Shown piece after piece: positions 48,804 to 61,930 of a stretch of 64,000 nt of DNA; positions within the stretch are counted from its first letter, which is position 1, and every line of letters starts with the position of its first letter. A program made the translations under genes and the position numbers. A model generated the notes under the pieces. The model searched no databases, had not been told where the DNA came from, and saw nothing but the letters and a program-made list of their open reading frames with translations. This DNA comes from the human T2T-CHM13v2.0 reference genome, Homo sapiens: NCBI RefSeq assembly GCF_009914755.1, contig NC_060947.1. One strand, given 5' to 3'.

Positions 48804-50139
48804 CTGTCATTTTATAAAAAGAAAGAGTAAAGTTTAAGTACATTCTTGGCACTAGAACCATCTAAGAAGATGTAAACAGGTAGTCTGAAATGGTCAGTAT
48901 ATGTCTGTGTCTTGCGTTAGGATCACAGTAAAGAAGTGAATGGGCCTGACCTCTCACAAAAGGACCCTTTGTTTCATTGGTCAGGCATGGCACAGTCAGG
49001 TGCAGACTCTGGTCTGGCCCAAGGCAACACTTTTCATATTTCTTAAGGAACAGAACAAGAGAGCAAAGGTTCCTACTGAGGTTTCTGTTTACTTAAGAAC
49101 ACAATTACATCGCATGCTTTAAGGAGAATGCTGGGATGGGGGCTGGGGGGTGGGGCTGAGAGTGGGAAATGACTGAAAGGGGTTAAAGTGAAGCTTCTGA
49201 GGGAGCTGGTACTGTGTTTTTCCTTGATTTGGATGCTGATCAGTTTGTGATGGGTGTATTCACTTTGTGAAAAATATATTGAGGGACACATGTATGAGAT
49301 AGGCACTTTTGTCCGTGGGTATTATAGTTTTTTAAAAGTAATAAAACAAACCAGAGCTATAAAGTATAAAATTTTGTGCTATAATTCAGAATTTCTGACA
49401 TGCTTCAATGTCATGTAGGGTAGAAAATGTTTCCCAGATAGGTTAATATAGCATAAAACTTTGTATTTAAGTTATATCAGGTAGAAAAATCAAAATTTCA
49501 AGTATATATTTTTTTTTTGGACAGGAAAAGTTAACCTGTAAGTTCATGTTTTAACTACACTGAAAATCATGGAAACAGCAGTATGGGGTGGGAAGGGCAT
49601 TAAATACAAAGCCCTAAGCACTGCTTTCCAAGCCTTAATCTAATCACTCATGGCCTGAGCATGGCACCCAGTGAATGTATTTTATAGTCTACCTGTAAAA
49701 TGGAAAAATAACATTAGCAATACCTACCTCAGAGGGTTTGTGTAAAGATTAAAAAGATTATTTACAGAGAAAAATAACATGAGCATATACTATATATTTG
49801 TATATAAGTATAAATAATTTTGTAGAGGCCCCTCCATAAAAAGTAAGATAGAATTCTTAGTGTGCATTGAGGACTGTCGAAAAACAGTAAGTTTGGACTT
49901 TTTTTTCCCATAATGTCCCAGATCTTATCACTGGAAAATAGTTCATTTAAAACGTCCACTTATTTTTGTGTCCTCTATACATCCTTTTATTGTGAGCCAG
50001 GAGCCTAGCATCAAGGCCAGTGAGGGAAGGAGCCATGGGAACTGGGGAGAGGGGTGCCAGCCTCAGCTCAGCTTCAGGTCAGTGTTGCCACAGTGTGATG
50101 CTCCCAGACCCAGGCTTTCCAAAAGTCCAAGAAACATTA

Positions 50140-50432
50140 TTATTATTTGAGACAGGGCCTCACTCTGTCACTCAAGCTGGAGTGCAGTGGCACAATCACA
50201 GCTTACTACAGCCTTGACCTTCAGGGCTCAAGCGATCTTCCCACTTCAGCCTCCTGAGTAGCTGGGACTACAGGGCGCACACCACCATGCCTAACTAATC
50301 TTTTAATTTTTTTGTAGAGACAGGTTTTTATCATCTTGCCCAGGCTGGTCTTGAACTCCTGGCCTCAAGCAATCCTCCAGCCTCAGCCTCCCAAAGTTCT
50401 GCGATTACAGGTGTGAGTCACCATGCCTGGCT
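50140..50432 (-). mobile_element. AluJ (intron 15)
   Basis: Antisense dimer with an (ATT)n tail. Confidence 0.85.
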
Positions 50433-52364
50433 GAGAAACTTTTTAAATGTAAAATCTCCTGACATTTCAATGTTGGCAACCAATATGATTTAAATAAAAA
50501 AAAACTGCACCAAACAAAATAAGTCTGCAGGCCAGACTGCACCCATGGGCTGCCAGTTGTGATCTCCAAATTCTTGGCTGATCATACTACTTTATAATCT
50601 CTTAAACTCTTCCTTCTTTCTAGGCACCACTCCCTTATGTCATTCCTAATCCTGTATTCTCACCACTGAATACATTCCAGTTTGATAGGCAGGCCTACAG
50701 AAATAAATGTTCAGAGTATAGAATATCTTGCTGGCGAGCATTTTTATTCTCATTTTCAGATTTATTCTTTACTATCTCTACTCTTTTTCCTTAGAAGATT
50801 TTCTTGTTGTCCATAAACAAATGCATGATCCACGACTATACCTTATGTGCTAATTATTTTTATTTATTTTGATAACAAGGTTAGGACACAGAGGGAAATG
50901 TTCAGTGACAGAAAACACACCTAAATTTTCGGCTAACCACATGAGTGTGATCAGCGTTTCAACACACTTTAAATATTTAGGGGCATTTATTGACTAATGT
51001 ATGGTGTGTAATAGTTTCACTCCACCTTATACTTAAGCATGATCATTATTGCAATCTACTTTATTCCCACAGATCTATTTCTATAAGCCAATTTATATTT
51101 TGCTATTATGTTACATTTAAACAAAAGTCAGGTTCACATGACTAAACTCACGCACATCAGTCAGTGACCTGGAGATTCATGAGTGTAGCTTTGCACCTAC
51201 CTTGGTGTGATCACAGAGTATAATTAGAGTGATACAGGTTACCATTTGCTGAGTGCCTATAACATGTTTCATGTGTTAGGTAATTTAATCGTCAAAAGTC
51301 CCTTCCTTTATCAAATGAGGGAAATAAGACTCAGAAAGGTCAAATAACAACCACCACCACCACCACCACCACAACTTTTCTAGGTGTCCACACAGCTCAT
51401 CAGTGGAGGGCTGGGATTTTAACTCAGTTCTACTGGACTTTGGAGCCCATGTTTGTTTCCAAACCTGCTCATTTAATTTGAGGATAATAATGGCTGTTCT
51501 CACAGATGTTTTTTTTCTCCGCCTCACTAATGTTTAAAGCATTGCAGATTTTTCTTTTGGTTCATAAGCTCACATCAATAACACTCTATTCTTATGTATA
51601 TATTAATTATGAACAAAATTTATCATCTTTTCCCCAGAAAACCAAAGTCTCTGGAGTACACATCTCCCTTCCTAAATTGAGAAATATGCTTAAAAAATTA
51701 AATATTTTAAAAATTAAATATCTATATCTGATATTTAATTTTCACAGTTCTGATTCTATTCCTCTGCAGAGCAGATTTCCCGGAGCTCATTCTTTCCTGG
51801 CAATGTGGGTTCTGCCCCTGGCCCTCTACTAGGCTGCCTCCTAGAGGCTCTCTCTGCAGCTACTACCACTCCTTCCTCTCTGAAACCCCTTCTTTGGCTT
51901 GGGTGGTATCTCTCTTTCCTAGTAAGTATGCTCCCACACCTCCTTCTCAGACTTCACTTTCTCAACCTCTCCCTTACCTACTGACATTTCTCTGAATTCT
52001 GTCTTCAACTCTCCTCCATTCACATTAGGAACACTTCCTTTCAGTCAAATCCAGTTTTAACTACATCTATGAGCTGGCGATACTCAGCAGTCTCCGTGAG
52101 CTCCAGATCCATACAGGTATCTGCCTCCTGAACATCTCCTACAATCTAAAATCAACAGTAAAAAACTGTCTCCCAAACATGCTTCTGCTCCCTTATTCTC
52201 GATCTTGCTGAATAGTACTCTTTCTACTCAGTTCTCCAGGTCAGAAACAAGAAAAGCTTGGCCTTTCCTTCTTCCATGGTCACATTTTATTTTTGCTATG
52301 TAAGTGTATAGCAAGTTTCTCTATAGTGAAATAATAGAAGACATTTCAGTTGCACTCACCTTGA

Positions 52365-52375
52365 CTGCTGCTGTT

Positions 52376-52405
<30 letters not shown>
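52365..52405. repeat. (CTG)3-TT-(CAG)10 trinucleotide repeat in intron 15
   Basis: CAG x10 at 52376-52405, preceded by an inverted CTG x3. Confidence 0.92.
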
Positions 52406-52406
<1 letters not shown>

Positions 52407-54009
52407 TTCTGTGGTAGGTAATCCTTTGCAGCTTACCTTAAAGTCTTTTTCAGCCAGAGTCCTCATTAGGAAATGTAACTCAATGGATTCTATATATACT
52501 ACTCACACTTCCCTCAATAATGATCAGTAATAAACTACTATAAAAGCCTGAACAACCAGCAGATGGGAACAATAAAGAAGGAACCAGTTATTTTAATCTA
52601 TATAACCAAGTGTTAATTCATGAGGGACAAAGTGGTCTCATTCTTAAGCTTCCTTTTTTTTCTCCTAAGATATATAAAATTTACAAACATGTAAATCACT
52701 TCTGTCGATGAAAGCCTGGATAGACCTGGGTCTTTTGTACCCCAACCCACCCCTAACCCACAATACACTCCTCTCCATAAACTTTTTGAGGGTACTAGAC
52801 CTGCCACATGTGATTAAATAAATGTTCGCCCAACAGTGGGCACAGAAAGTTAGTGTGTGCTTAGTAGTTTAGGATAACTGTTTACTTTAGTATAACTACT
52901 AGTTAGTTTGAATGTGGGGTCGCTTTGGTGACGAGACTTAAGATTTTTTATTGAGGAAAAAGGAATTGCAGAAAATCTGGGTGTGACAGAGCTCTAGCTG
53001 GTAATGAACAACTGCTGTTCCTATAGAATCCCTTAGGTCACTCATTCTCATTCTATAATTTTCCAGATGAAGAAATTGAGGACTGCAAAGCTAAGAGACT
53101 AGCCCAAGTTCAGACAGCTCAAAAGTACAAAACCAGAAGAAGGGCTTTGGTCTCAAAGTGACTAGGGAGGCCAGTGTTCTCCACTAGAAAACAATGCTTG
53201 CATGAACTACCACTTCTAAAGAGCACAAAATGTTTTTGGCCAGGGAAATGTGAAGAAATGCTATTTAAACGTGGACATATAGACCAGGTTTAATACTGAG
53301 ATGGGTGTATTTTAGAACGTTGTTTCTGTATTACTGGCTGATTATCTCTTCAGTAGAAGATGAATGCTCATAGCTATTACATTAATAACTTGAGTTTAAG
53401 AGTTTCTCATTTCCCTGGAGGTTTTTTTCTTTATGAATTCTGTGTCATCCATCTTAATTATTTTAAATCTACTTTTTAAATAATCATGTTCGGCACATAT
53501 ATTTTTATCATAGTATTAATTCTTTTCTACTATCCCTTAATGAATGTGGTCGAATTCGGTAAAGCAATGCAATGCCAAATCAGTACATTTGGTTAGTTAG
53601 GGGAAGCTGCCAGAGATCCTTGCAGCTAAGGCAAAACTTACAATTGCTCCTAGGAAATCCTTTACTTCATACGATTCTAGACTTTTTCCTCATATTCTTT
53701 CTCACTCAGAGAATCAACTGTGCAAAAGAACTCAACTACACAAAACTCACAGGAAGTTTCTCATCAAAATCCTCCTTAATAAAACTAAGTATAAGAAATC
53801 TCTCATGCCCAGGATATAAAAGGGACTATGAAAGGAAATTAGTTGAAAAAGGAGCCACAAATAAACTATCAGATAAATTAGCTGCATTATGTACACGGAA
53901 AATTTTAAGGGACAATTGAAATTACTCTAGTGGAAATCTAGCCTCTCTAAAATTCAGTATCTAATACTAGACAGTTTATCTTTTCATAAAGAATTTCTGA
54001 CTATATACA

Positions 54010-54023
54010 TTTAATTTTTTATT
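54010..54023 (-). terminator. RPGR: Likely polyadenylation signal of the ORF15 isoform (AATAAA 54018-23, ATTAAA 54010-15)
   Basis: Two hexamers about 1.1 kb downstream of the ORF15 stop in an AT-rich 3'UTR. Confidence 0.65.
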
Positions 54024-55137
54024 TTACTTGAAACATTCTGACAAGGAACAGACAAACTGAAATTACAGAACAGTCAGTGAATACATTGAGGGCATATAAC
54101 ACATACCAGAAATGAAGGCTCTGATAAAGTACAGTTAAAGCTTGGAAATGATAGGAGTTTAGAAATAAAAAATTACAGAAGACAAGAGACGTTAAAGCTG
54201 TCATAACTTTTCAAGAGTAAAGAAAACAACTGTATAGAAAACTAAATTAATTTTAAAGTGTAATTTTTCTCCCTAAAACGTTTCTTACATGAATAACAAT
54301 AATGATAGAGTGAATCTGTGAGAATGAAAAGAATTTAAGAGTTAGAAGGGACTGCAGTTATCACATCATCTCATCCACTCCATTTTAGAGATGAAGAAAC
54401 TGAGGCCCAATGAGTACCTTTGCCTGGACAAAAAATACTTCAAGTTTTACATATTTCCAGATTATACATTTAAATTAATCACCATTTCATTAGATATACT
54501 ACCATCTGCCCAGATAGTAACTAAAAGAGATCACGTTTTTGGGATCTAAGCTCTGAACACAGCTGTCACTTTGTAGATTTTTGCAAAAAGAACACATAAA
54601 AGGTGAAAGACAATACTTTCTTTAAAATGTGAATGCCTCAATTGAGTTTTAGAATACCATCCATTATTAGAAAATTATTCTATACAGTAGGTAAACTGTA
54701 ATCACTAACTTAAAAAAAGTGCTAACATATTTATAAGAAATTAGAAGTTTTTATAGCCCTTAAGCATCTGTGCCATTTAAAAATGGAATGATTTGTATAC
54801 ACAAACAAAACACTCTTGTAGTATATTCCTGTTTCCTAAAGCTGCCTTTAATGAATATATAATGTTAATAATCTGATATGACCTTTTAATATTTTCTAGT
54901 TATGTTTTTATAATTTGGGGGGGAAATACACGAAAATTTTAGTTTGAGAGAGGCCAAAATTTACCAGTGCCTCCTATTGTCTTTGGCTCCTTAACACAGC
55001 TGCATCAGTTGCTTTTTTTTTTACTACACATAAAATAATTGACATAAAATCAATTTAATAACACGTAATGAGTGCCCGTTATATGCAAGGCATTTAAATT
55101 GTCTGACTGGCCATAATCGGGTCACATTTAAGGTTTG

Positions 55138-56843
55138 TTACTTCAATTCCAAGTAATGTGGTAATACATTATTCCAGAACTTTTTGGAACCTGATGGCCC
55201 GTTTTTTAAAAGTCGTTTTGACTGGACTGGCATTTTGGACCTCTGCTCTTTCCCATTTCCCTGTGTGTTAGTAACTGACTTTTTTTGATATGTTTTATGT
55301 TTGCCATATTTCACAGATCCTTTTATTTTGCTCACTTTTTTGTACTCCTCTCCATCCTGCCTTTCATTCTCTTCTTCGCCTGTCTCCTGATACTTCCCCT
55401 CTTCTTCCTCCTCCTCTTCTCTGTTCCTCCTGTTTTCTTCTCCTTCCCCCTCCTTTTCCCTTTCTTCTCCTTCCTCCTCTCCTTCCTCTTCCTCTCCTTC
55501 CCCCTCTCCTTCCTCCCCTTCCACCTCCCCTTCCACTTCCCCTTCCTCTTCTTCCTCCCCTTCTCCCTCCCCTTCTTCCTCTCCCTCTCCTTCTTCCTCC
55601 CCTTCTTCTTCCCCTTCCTCCTCTTCCCCCTCCCCTTCTCCTTCCTCCTCTTCCCCCTCCCCTTCTCCTTCCTCCCCTTCCCCTTCTCCTTCCTCTTCCC
55701 CCTCCCCTTCTCCTTCCTCCTCTTCCCCCTCCCATTCTCCTTCCTCCTCTTCCCCCTCCCCTTCTCCATCCTCCCCTTCCCCTTCTCCTTCCTCCTCTTC
55801 CCCCTCCCCTTCTCCTTCCTCTCCTTCCTCCTCCCCTTTCCCTTCTCCTTCCTCCTCTTCTCCCTCCCCTTCTCCTTCCTCTTCTCCCTCCCCTTCTCCT
55901 TCCTCCTCTTCTCCCTCCCCTTCTCCTTCCTCTTCTCCCTCCCCTTCTCCTTCCTCCTCTTCCCCCTCCCCTTCTCCTTCCTCCCCTTCTTCCTCCCCTT
56001 CTCCTTCTTCCCCTTCTTCCTCCCCTTTCCCTTCTCCTTCCTCCTCTTCCCCCTCCCCTTCCTCCTCTTCCCCCTCCCCTTCCTCCTCTTCCCCCTCACC
56101 CTCCTCCTCTTCCTCTTCCCTCTCTCCTTTCCCCTCCTCTACTTCCCCTCCCTCTACTTCCCCTCCCTCCTCTTTTTCCTCCCCTCTCCCCTCTGTTTCC
56201 TCCTCTTCCCCCTCTCCTTGGTCTCCTTCTTCCTCTCCTTTCTCCTCCTTCCCCGCTCTTTCCTCCTTTTTCCTCTCTCCTTCCTCCTTTTCACGTTCTC
56301 CCTCCACTTCTTCCCCTTCTCCTTCCTCTTTCCCTTCTCCCTCCTTCTCTTCTTCCTCTTCTCTGTCTCCCTCCTCTTCTTCTCCTTCTCCATGCTCCTC
56401 CTCCCCTCCCTCCTCCATCTCTTGGTTTCTTTCCTTCTGATGGCCCTGCTCCCTCTCCTTTTGCTCCTGCTCTTCCCCATCCCTCTTCTTCCATTCTTCC
56501 TTCTCTGCTAGTTCCTTCTCTCCCTCTCCTGGCCTCTCCATTTCTCCTCTACCCTTGTCTTTCTCCCCCTTCTCCCTCTCCTCATCTTGCCAGTGTTCTG
56601 CTCCTGAACTACCTTCCTCACAGGTTCCATCCCCTCTACCTTCAGGCCCATCCTCTGCTTCTCCCACTGATTTTGCCTTGCCTTCACTCACCTCTGCTTT
56701 GTCTGTAAGGTCATCTGATAGGATCTCTGTTTTCTCCTTTCTTCCTCCATGCACCTTCACATTTTCCTCATTTGCTTCTACCTCTTGCTCCTCTATTCCA
56801 TTTCCTTTTGAATCCTCTGCTCCTTCCTTCTCCTCTGGGATCT
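55138..56843 (-). CDS. RPGR: RPGR exon ORF15 coding part (1706 nt): Glu/Gly-rich repeat plus basic C-terminal domain ending ...[15 protein letters not shown]
   Basis: The ORF track shows read-through of the exon 15 donor into EEEGEGEGE repeats and the characteristic RPGR-ORF15 C-terminus; TAA at 55138-40. Confidence 0.98.
55395..56500. repeat. ORF15 low-complexity polypurine/polypyrimidine tract
   Basis: The + strand is almost only C/T, with purine-free runs at 55769-56097 (329 nt) and 55536-55733 (198 nt). Confidence 0.97.
56692..56843 (-). CDS. RPGR: RPGR exon 15 (152 nt; [10 protein letters not shown]...DLTDKAE), constitutive-isoform form
   Basis: Acceptor ttgtcag| at 56844-45 and donor GAG|gtgagt at 56686-91; phase 0 into exon 16. 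Confidence 0.95.
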
Positions 56844-57458
56844 CTGACAAGCGATCACATTTAAAATCATACTTTGCCATGGATTTGGATATTATGGGTT
56901 TAGTCTCTTTTTCATTTCCTTGTTCAATCAATTTCCTGCCATACCGTATGTTTTGGTCAGTTTCCACTTCATCATCCTCTTTCTCTCCACTACTAAATTC
57001 TATTGCCTCAGGCTGCTGGAATCCATCAGCTATACCCTGTTGACTCTCACTTGCACCTTCCATGTAACTGTCTGGCTTTTCTACTGATTCTCTTTCACTG
57101 TCAAAGATCACATCTTGCTTGCAACTTTCCCTTTTCTTAACAAAATCTTTATTTTCTTCACTCTCAGTATTCATACCTCTATCTGGTAAGTTGCCAAAGA
57201 AAGGACTCATCTTTTTTGTACTCTTTTCCCTTTCTCTTAAATCCTTCATACCTGCTATTTCTGCCAGTTTAGTTTCCTTCTCACTGTCTATTTCTTCTGC
57301 TTCTGATTCCTTCTGACTGTGTCCTCCATCACTTTCCTTTTCTATTTCCTTAGCATCAAGTTGATCAACACCATTATTATTTTCATGTCTATATACCTCT
57401 TTTTGTAAACCCTCTCCATCAGTGTCAGCCTGAGGTCCCACCTGGCCTGTGTCATTAC
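56844..57458 (-). CDS. RPGR: RPGR intron 14 / ORF14: retainable in-frame intron (615 nt, 205 codons, acidic)
   Basis: GT...AG bounded, length divisible by 3, no stop in frame ([10 protein letters not shown]...FKCDRLS) in ORF 55138..57666. Confidence 0.85.
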
Positions 57459-57639
57459 CTACTTCCTCATCTGAAAATGCTTCGATAGTCGTAGCTGGCT
57501 GCGTCATGAAAATCCCTTGTGACACATGTTGTTTACATGCTTTCCCTTCTTTCATTTCTGACATTTCTTCATATTCATCACTATCATCGTTTTCAGTAAG
57601 AGCTGTATCCTGCGTCAGTTCCCCAATTGTTTGTTGTTT
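57459..57639 (-). CDS. RPGR: RPGR exon 14 (181 nt; [10 protein letters not shown]...AFSDEEV)
   Basis: Acceptor tttacag| at 57640-41 and donor TAG|gtaatg at 57453-58; lies within the 842-aa ORF. Confidence 0.95.
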
Positions 57640-58020
57640 CTGTAAATTTTTTGAAGTAATTATCATATGTCATACTACTATTAGTTGACAAGGACAACTT
57701 ATCTACTTTAAATACTGCCAAGATTTTACATTTTTATAAGTTTAGGAGAATCAAAATAGCAAGTTTTACCAGATATTTTGCTAAAGTTTTGTTTTCTTTA
57801 AGGATCATTTGTGCCACTCTCTAGTCTGTGATACATCTAATTTTGATTTAGTAACATGTATCTGTGTTTAATTTTCGATTCTTACTACCTGCCATAATTT
57901 TGCCATTAATCACAATACCATCAATATTTACTCTCTGCCTCTTTTCTCAATCCGAATCAATCCTTACATAAAACTTCGAGATTAATTTTGCAAGATGCTA
58001 TTTAAAAATGTACACTTCTT

Positions 58021-58342
<322 letters not shown>

Positions 58343-58385
58343 TTAGTATATTTTTCCCACTTTCCCGATCATCTTTAATTTTCAA

Positions 58386-58679
<294 letters not shown>

Positions 58680-60556
58680 TAATTTTCAAATTTTCATTTG
58701 TCTTTTGAGTCCACAAAATTCACAAAATAAATAAAAATGTAAAATTTGAAAAAAATGAATAGTCCACTCCTAGAACTGAAGAAACTGCACATGAGATGTT
58801 TTTTATCTATAAACTAAATAATAATGAATATATTTTTCTTTTCTAAACAAAATCTTCATGAGTTTTCAAATTTTTGACCTTCTTCCTTGCATTGATTATA
58901 TTATTTAATTACAATAATTTCTATAAATGAAAGAACACTAAGGAAAGAATATTAAGTGTAAAATGTAAGATTTGTACAAAAACTATGAAATCAAACACTG
59001 ACATTTGAATAATACATTAACAATACAAAATTAATTTCCTGCTGGACAAAATAAGGCAAAACCAAATTGTTGATCTAAATTCTACAAACAAGCTAATGGA
59101 TGCAAATATCTAATGAATTTGGGTCTCTGGATAGTAAAACCTCACTAATTCAAATTTTATAAATTGTGATGAGTTAGGCCTAGGAAGAGGTTCCTATTGT
59201 GCCAAAGAAATTATTAAAACATGACAAGTTAAAAATTAACAAGTTAATACACAGAAATAGTATAATAAATCTTTTCTCATTTACTAAAGTAGGCCTGGTA
59301 GGGCCTAAACTTAAAAAGACTATAGAAAGTATAAAATATATGTCAGCTTAAAAGGAATTGCTTTCCGTTTCTGGCTGTTCTTGCTATTGCTCTTTAAAAA
59401 GTCATGATTCTTTTAAGAGCCCTAAGAGAGGAAGGCCCAGTTGCCAGAACTGATTTCTAAAGGCACATGCCTTTCTTTCCCTAGCACAATAAAGCAGCCC
59501 AGAAGAGGGAGAGCCTGGAGTCTAAGGGAAGAGGAAGGAAAGACACAAGAAAGGTGTCTGCTTGGAAGTATGGTCAGTCAAAAATCAGTCAATATTCATT
59601 GAGCTTCTACAACTGTGTTCGAACAGCTCTCCCATATTCAAAGGAATGCTGTTATTCACCATGCCTTTCAGTATTATAGATAGAACGAATGAGGACTAGC
59701 TCTAAATTTTAACAATTTAGTATGATTCTCTTGCACTTCAGTGACTTCAATTTTAAGAGTTTTAAACTTGAAAACATGTCAAAGACACTATAAATAGAAA
59801 CTAAATATTTTTTATAGACTTCTTCCCTCAACTTACATTTCTCCAATTTACTTTCCTAATCCTCTAATCCCTCATTCATTCATTGCACTAGTCCTTAAAG
59901 CCAGGAAAAGCAAAGGATTTCAGGGCAGGCCTTTATCTCTCTATGGTTGTGAAAACCACAGCCTATTCCCTTCTTTTGCAATTTGTTATTCATTAAAAGT
60001 CTCTCTTTCCTACCCATGAACAGTCTCTAATTTCCAAATGTTTAATTTTATTTTTATGCTATCAATTTCTTGATAAATTAAAGCCCAACCAAATATTGGA
60101 AAAGGTTATCAAAGATTTTCACTAAAATCACAAAATTTTAAAACTAAAAAAGATATTAATATCATTCAGTAAAGTCAGCATAGTAATTAATTCAAAGTCA
60201 TACTCAACCAAAGTCAGAGGGCCACTCTATCAATAAATGGTAGTCTTTTCCTATACATAAGAACTGCAATCATAACCTATGGCTTGACAGAAGGAAAAGT
60301 ATGGCTATTATAACTTAAGTTAATGATCCCAAAGAGCAAATTTCAGCAATAAAATGCTTCCACTCTTGTTTCTTTACAGAAAATACATACCATCAGAACA
60401 AGGCAAAATGGAGGTTATCTACATTGTATCCCTCTGTCTTTTAAATTCTAAAGTAAGTAAATGCTTACGTTTCTTGTGTTCTTTCCAAAAACCATCCAAA
60501 AAATTAACTTAAACTGCTCTCACCAACAATAACGAAAATAAATCTTCATATTATAC

Positions 60557-60622
60557 CTTTTGTTTCTGAACTGGTGATAATTTTAATGACTTTTCATTGG
60601 AATTCAGGCTCATGATGTGTGT
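60557..60622 (-). CDS. RPGR: RPGR exon 13 (66 nt; THIMSLNSNEKSLKLSPVQKQK)
   Basis: Acceptor tttcag| and donor AAG|gtataa; in frame with exons 12 and 14. Confidence 0.95.
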
Positions 60623-60636
60623 CTGAAATAAATAAA

Positions 60637-60745
60637 AAATATATATTATAAAAAGAATACAGTATATATACTATATATTTGTATATAGTACAAATATATA
60701 GTATATTTTCAATTATATATATTTTTTTATATATATATATATATA
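60637..60745. repeat. AT-rich/(TA)n low-complexity tract next to the exon 13 acceptor
   Basis: Direct reading. Confidence 0.8.
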
Positions 60746-60966
60746 AAATGAAGGGAAAACAGTTCAGATAGTAATAGAATCCGCTCTCAATTGCCATACT
60801 AATAATGTGAGGATCAAAACAAATTTTATTGTATGTGAATTATACCTCAATATAGTTGGTTAAAAAATAAAGTAAGAAACGAGAAAGACGCTTTCATGCA
60901 TATAAGAGTATAGGAAGTATACACACATTCACATACACAATGAACTAAAATTCAAACTCATATTTA

Positions 60967-61188
<222 letters not shown>

Positions 61189-61371
61189 TTACTAAAAGTC
61201 CTTTAACCTCATGTCAGGGAAATTGAAAAGAATTCATTCACAATGACATAGGTTTTAAAATCTTTGTGAAAGTTTAAAAACATTGACACCAATTAGATTA
61301 CAATTGTTTCATTCATATGAACAGGCAAACACTATTCCCTTGGGATAAATAACTACCCAGGTATCAAGCAC

Positions 61372-61930
61372 TGTAATAGCTAGTCCTAAGAAGGGCCCCA
61401 ATGACCTACAACGTCCTGGTGTTCATACTCTTGTGTAGTTCCCTTGCCCATTATACCAGGTTGGTCCGTATGTGCACAGCCAGTAAAATAAAGCAGATGT
61501 AATTGTGATAGCATTATGGCTTCTGTTTTGGTTATACACGTATGCGCACTTGTGCTCGCTCTGGCTCTCTTGCTCTCTCTCTCTCCCCCTCCACCCCCAG
61601 CTACACTCGTGCACTCCCTCTCTTTCTCTCTAATCACTTGCTCTGTAGGAGTCCATGTTGTGAGCATCTCAAGGAAGTGAGGCCTCCTGCCAATGGCCAT
61701 GTGAATGAGCTTGGAAGTGGATCTTCCAGCCTCAGTCAAGCCTTCAGATAACTGCAGCCCCATCTGACAGTGTGACTGCAACCCTATGAAAGAACCTGGG
61801 CCAGAACCACCCAGCTAAGCTGCTGCTGGACTCCTGACTCTCAGAAACTGTGTGAAATAATAAATGCTTTTTGTTTTAACCTACTAAGTTTTAGGGTCAT
61901 TTTTTAAATGTAGCAACAGATAACTAGTAT
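61372..61930 (+). mobile_element. MLT1D-like LTR (intron 11)
   Basis: 'gtgaatgagcttggaagtggatc...ccagaaccacccagctaagctgct...gtagcaacagataacta'. Confidence 0.8.

Noticed and set aside
51348-51374. (CAA)/(CAC)n repeat giving a poly-Trp ORF
   Set aside because: A short microsatellite within a MIR-like relic.
55395-56500. Repeat array as a CRISPR-like locus
   Set aside because: No unique spacers and no cas genes; it is a eukaryotic coding low-complexity repeat.
55285-56708. Plus-strand 408-aa (F/S/L/P) and 472-aa (P/L) ORFs antisense to ORF15
   Set aside because: Stop codons need purines, so a pyrimidine-only strand is necessarily open. There is no independent sign of a gene.
57640-57666. ATG start of the 842-aa ORF (MIITSKNLQ)
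   Set aside because: These codons lie in intron 13, upstream of the exon 14 acceptor. The real start is outside the window.
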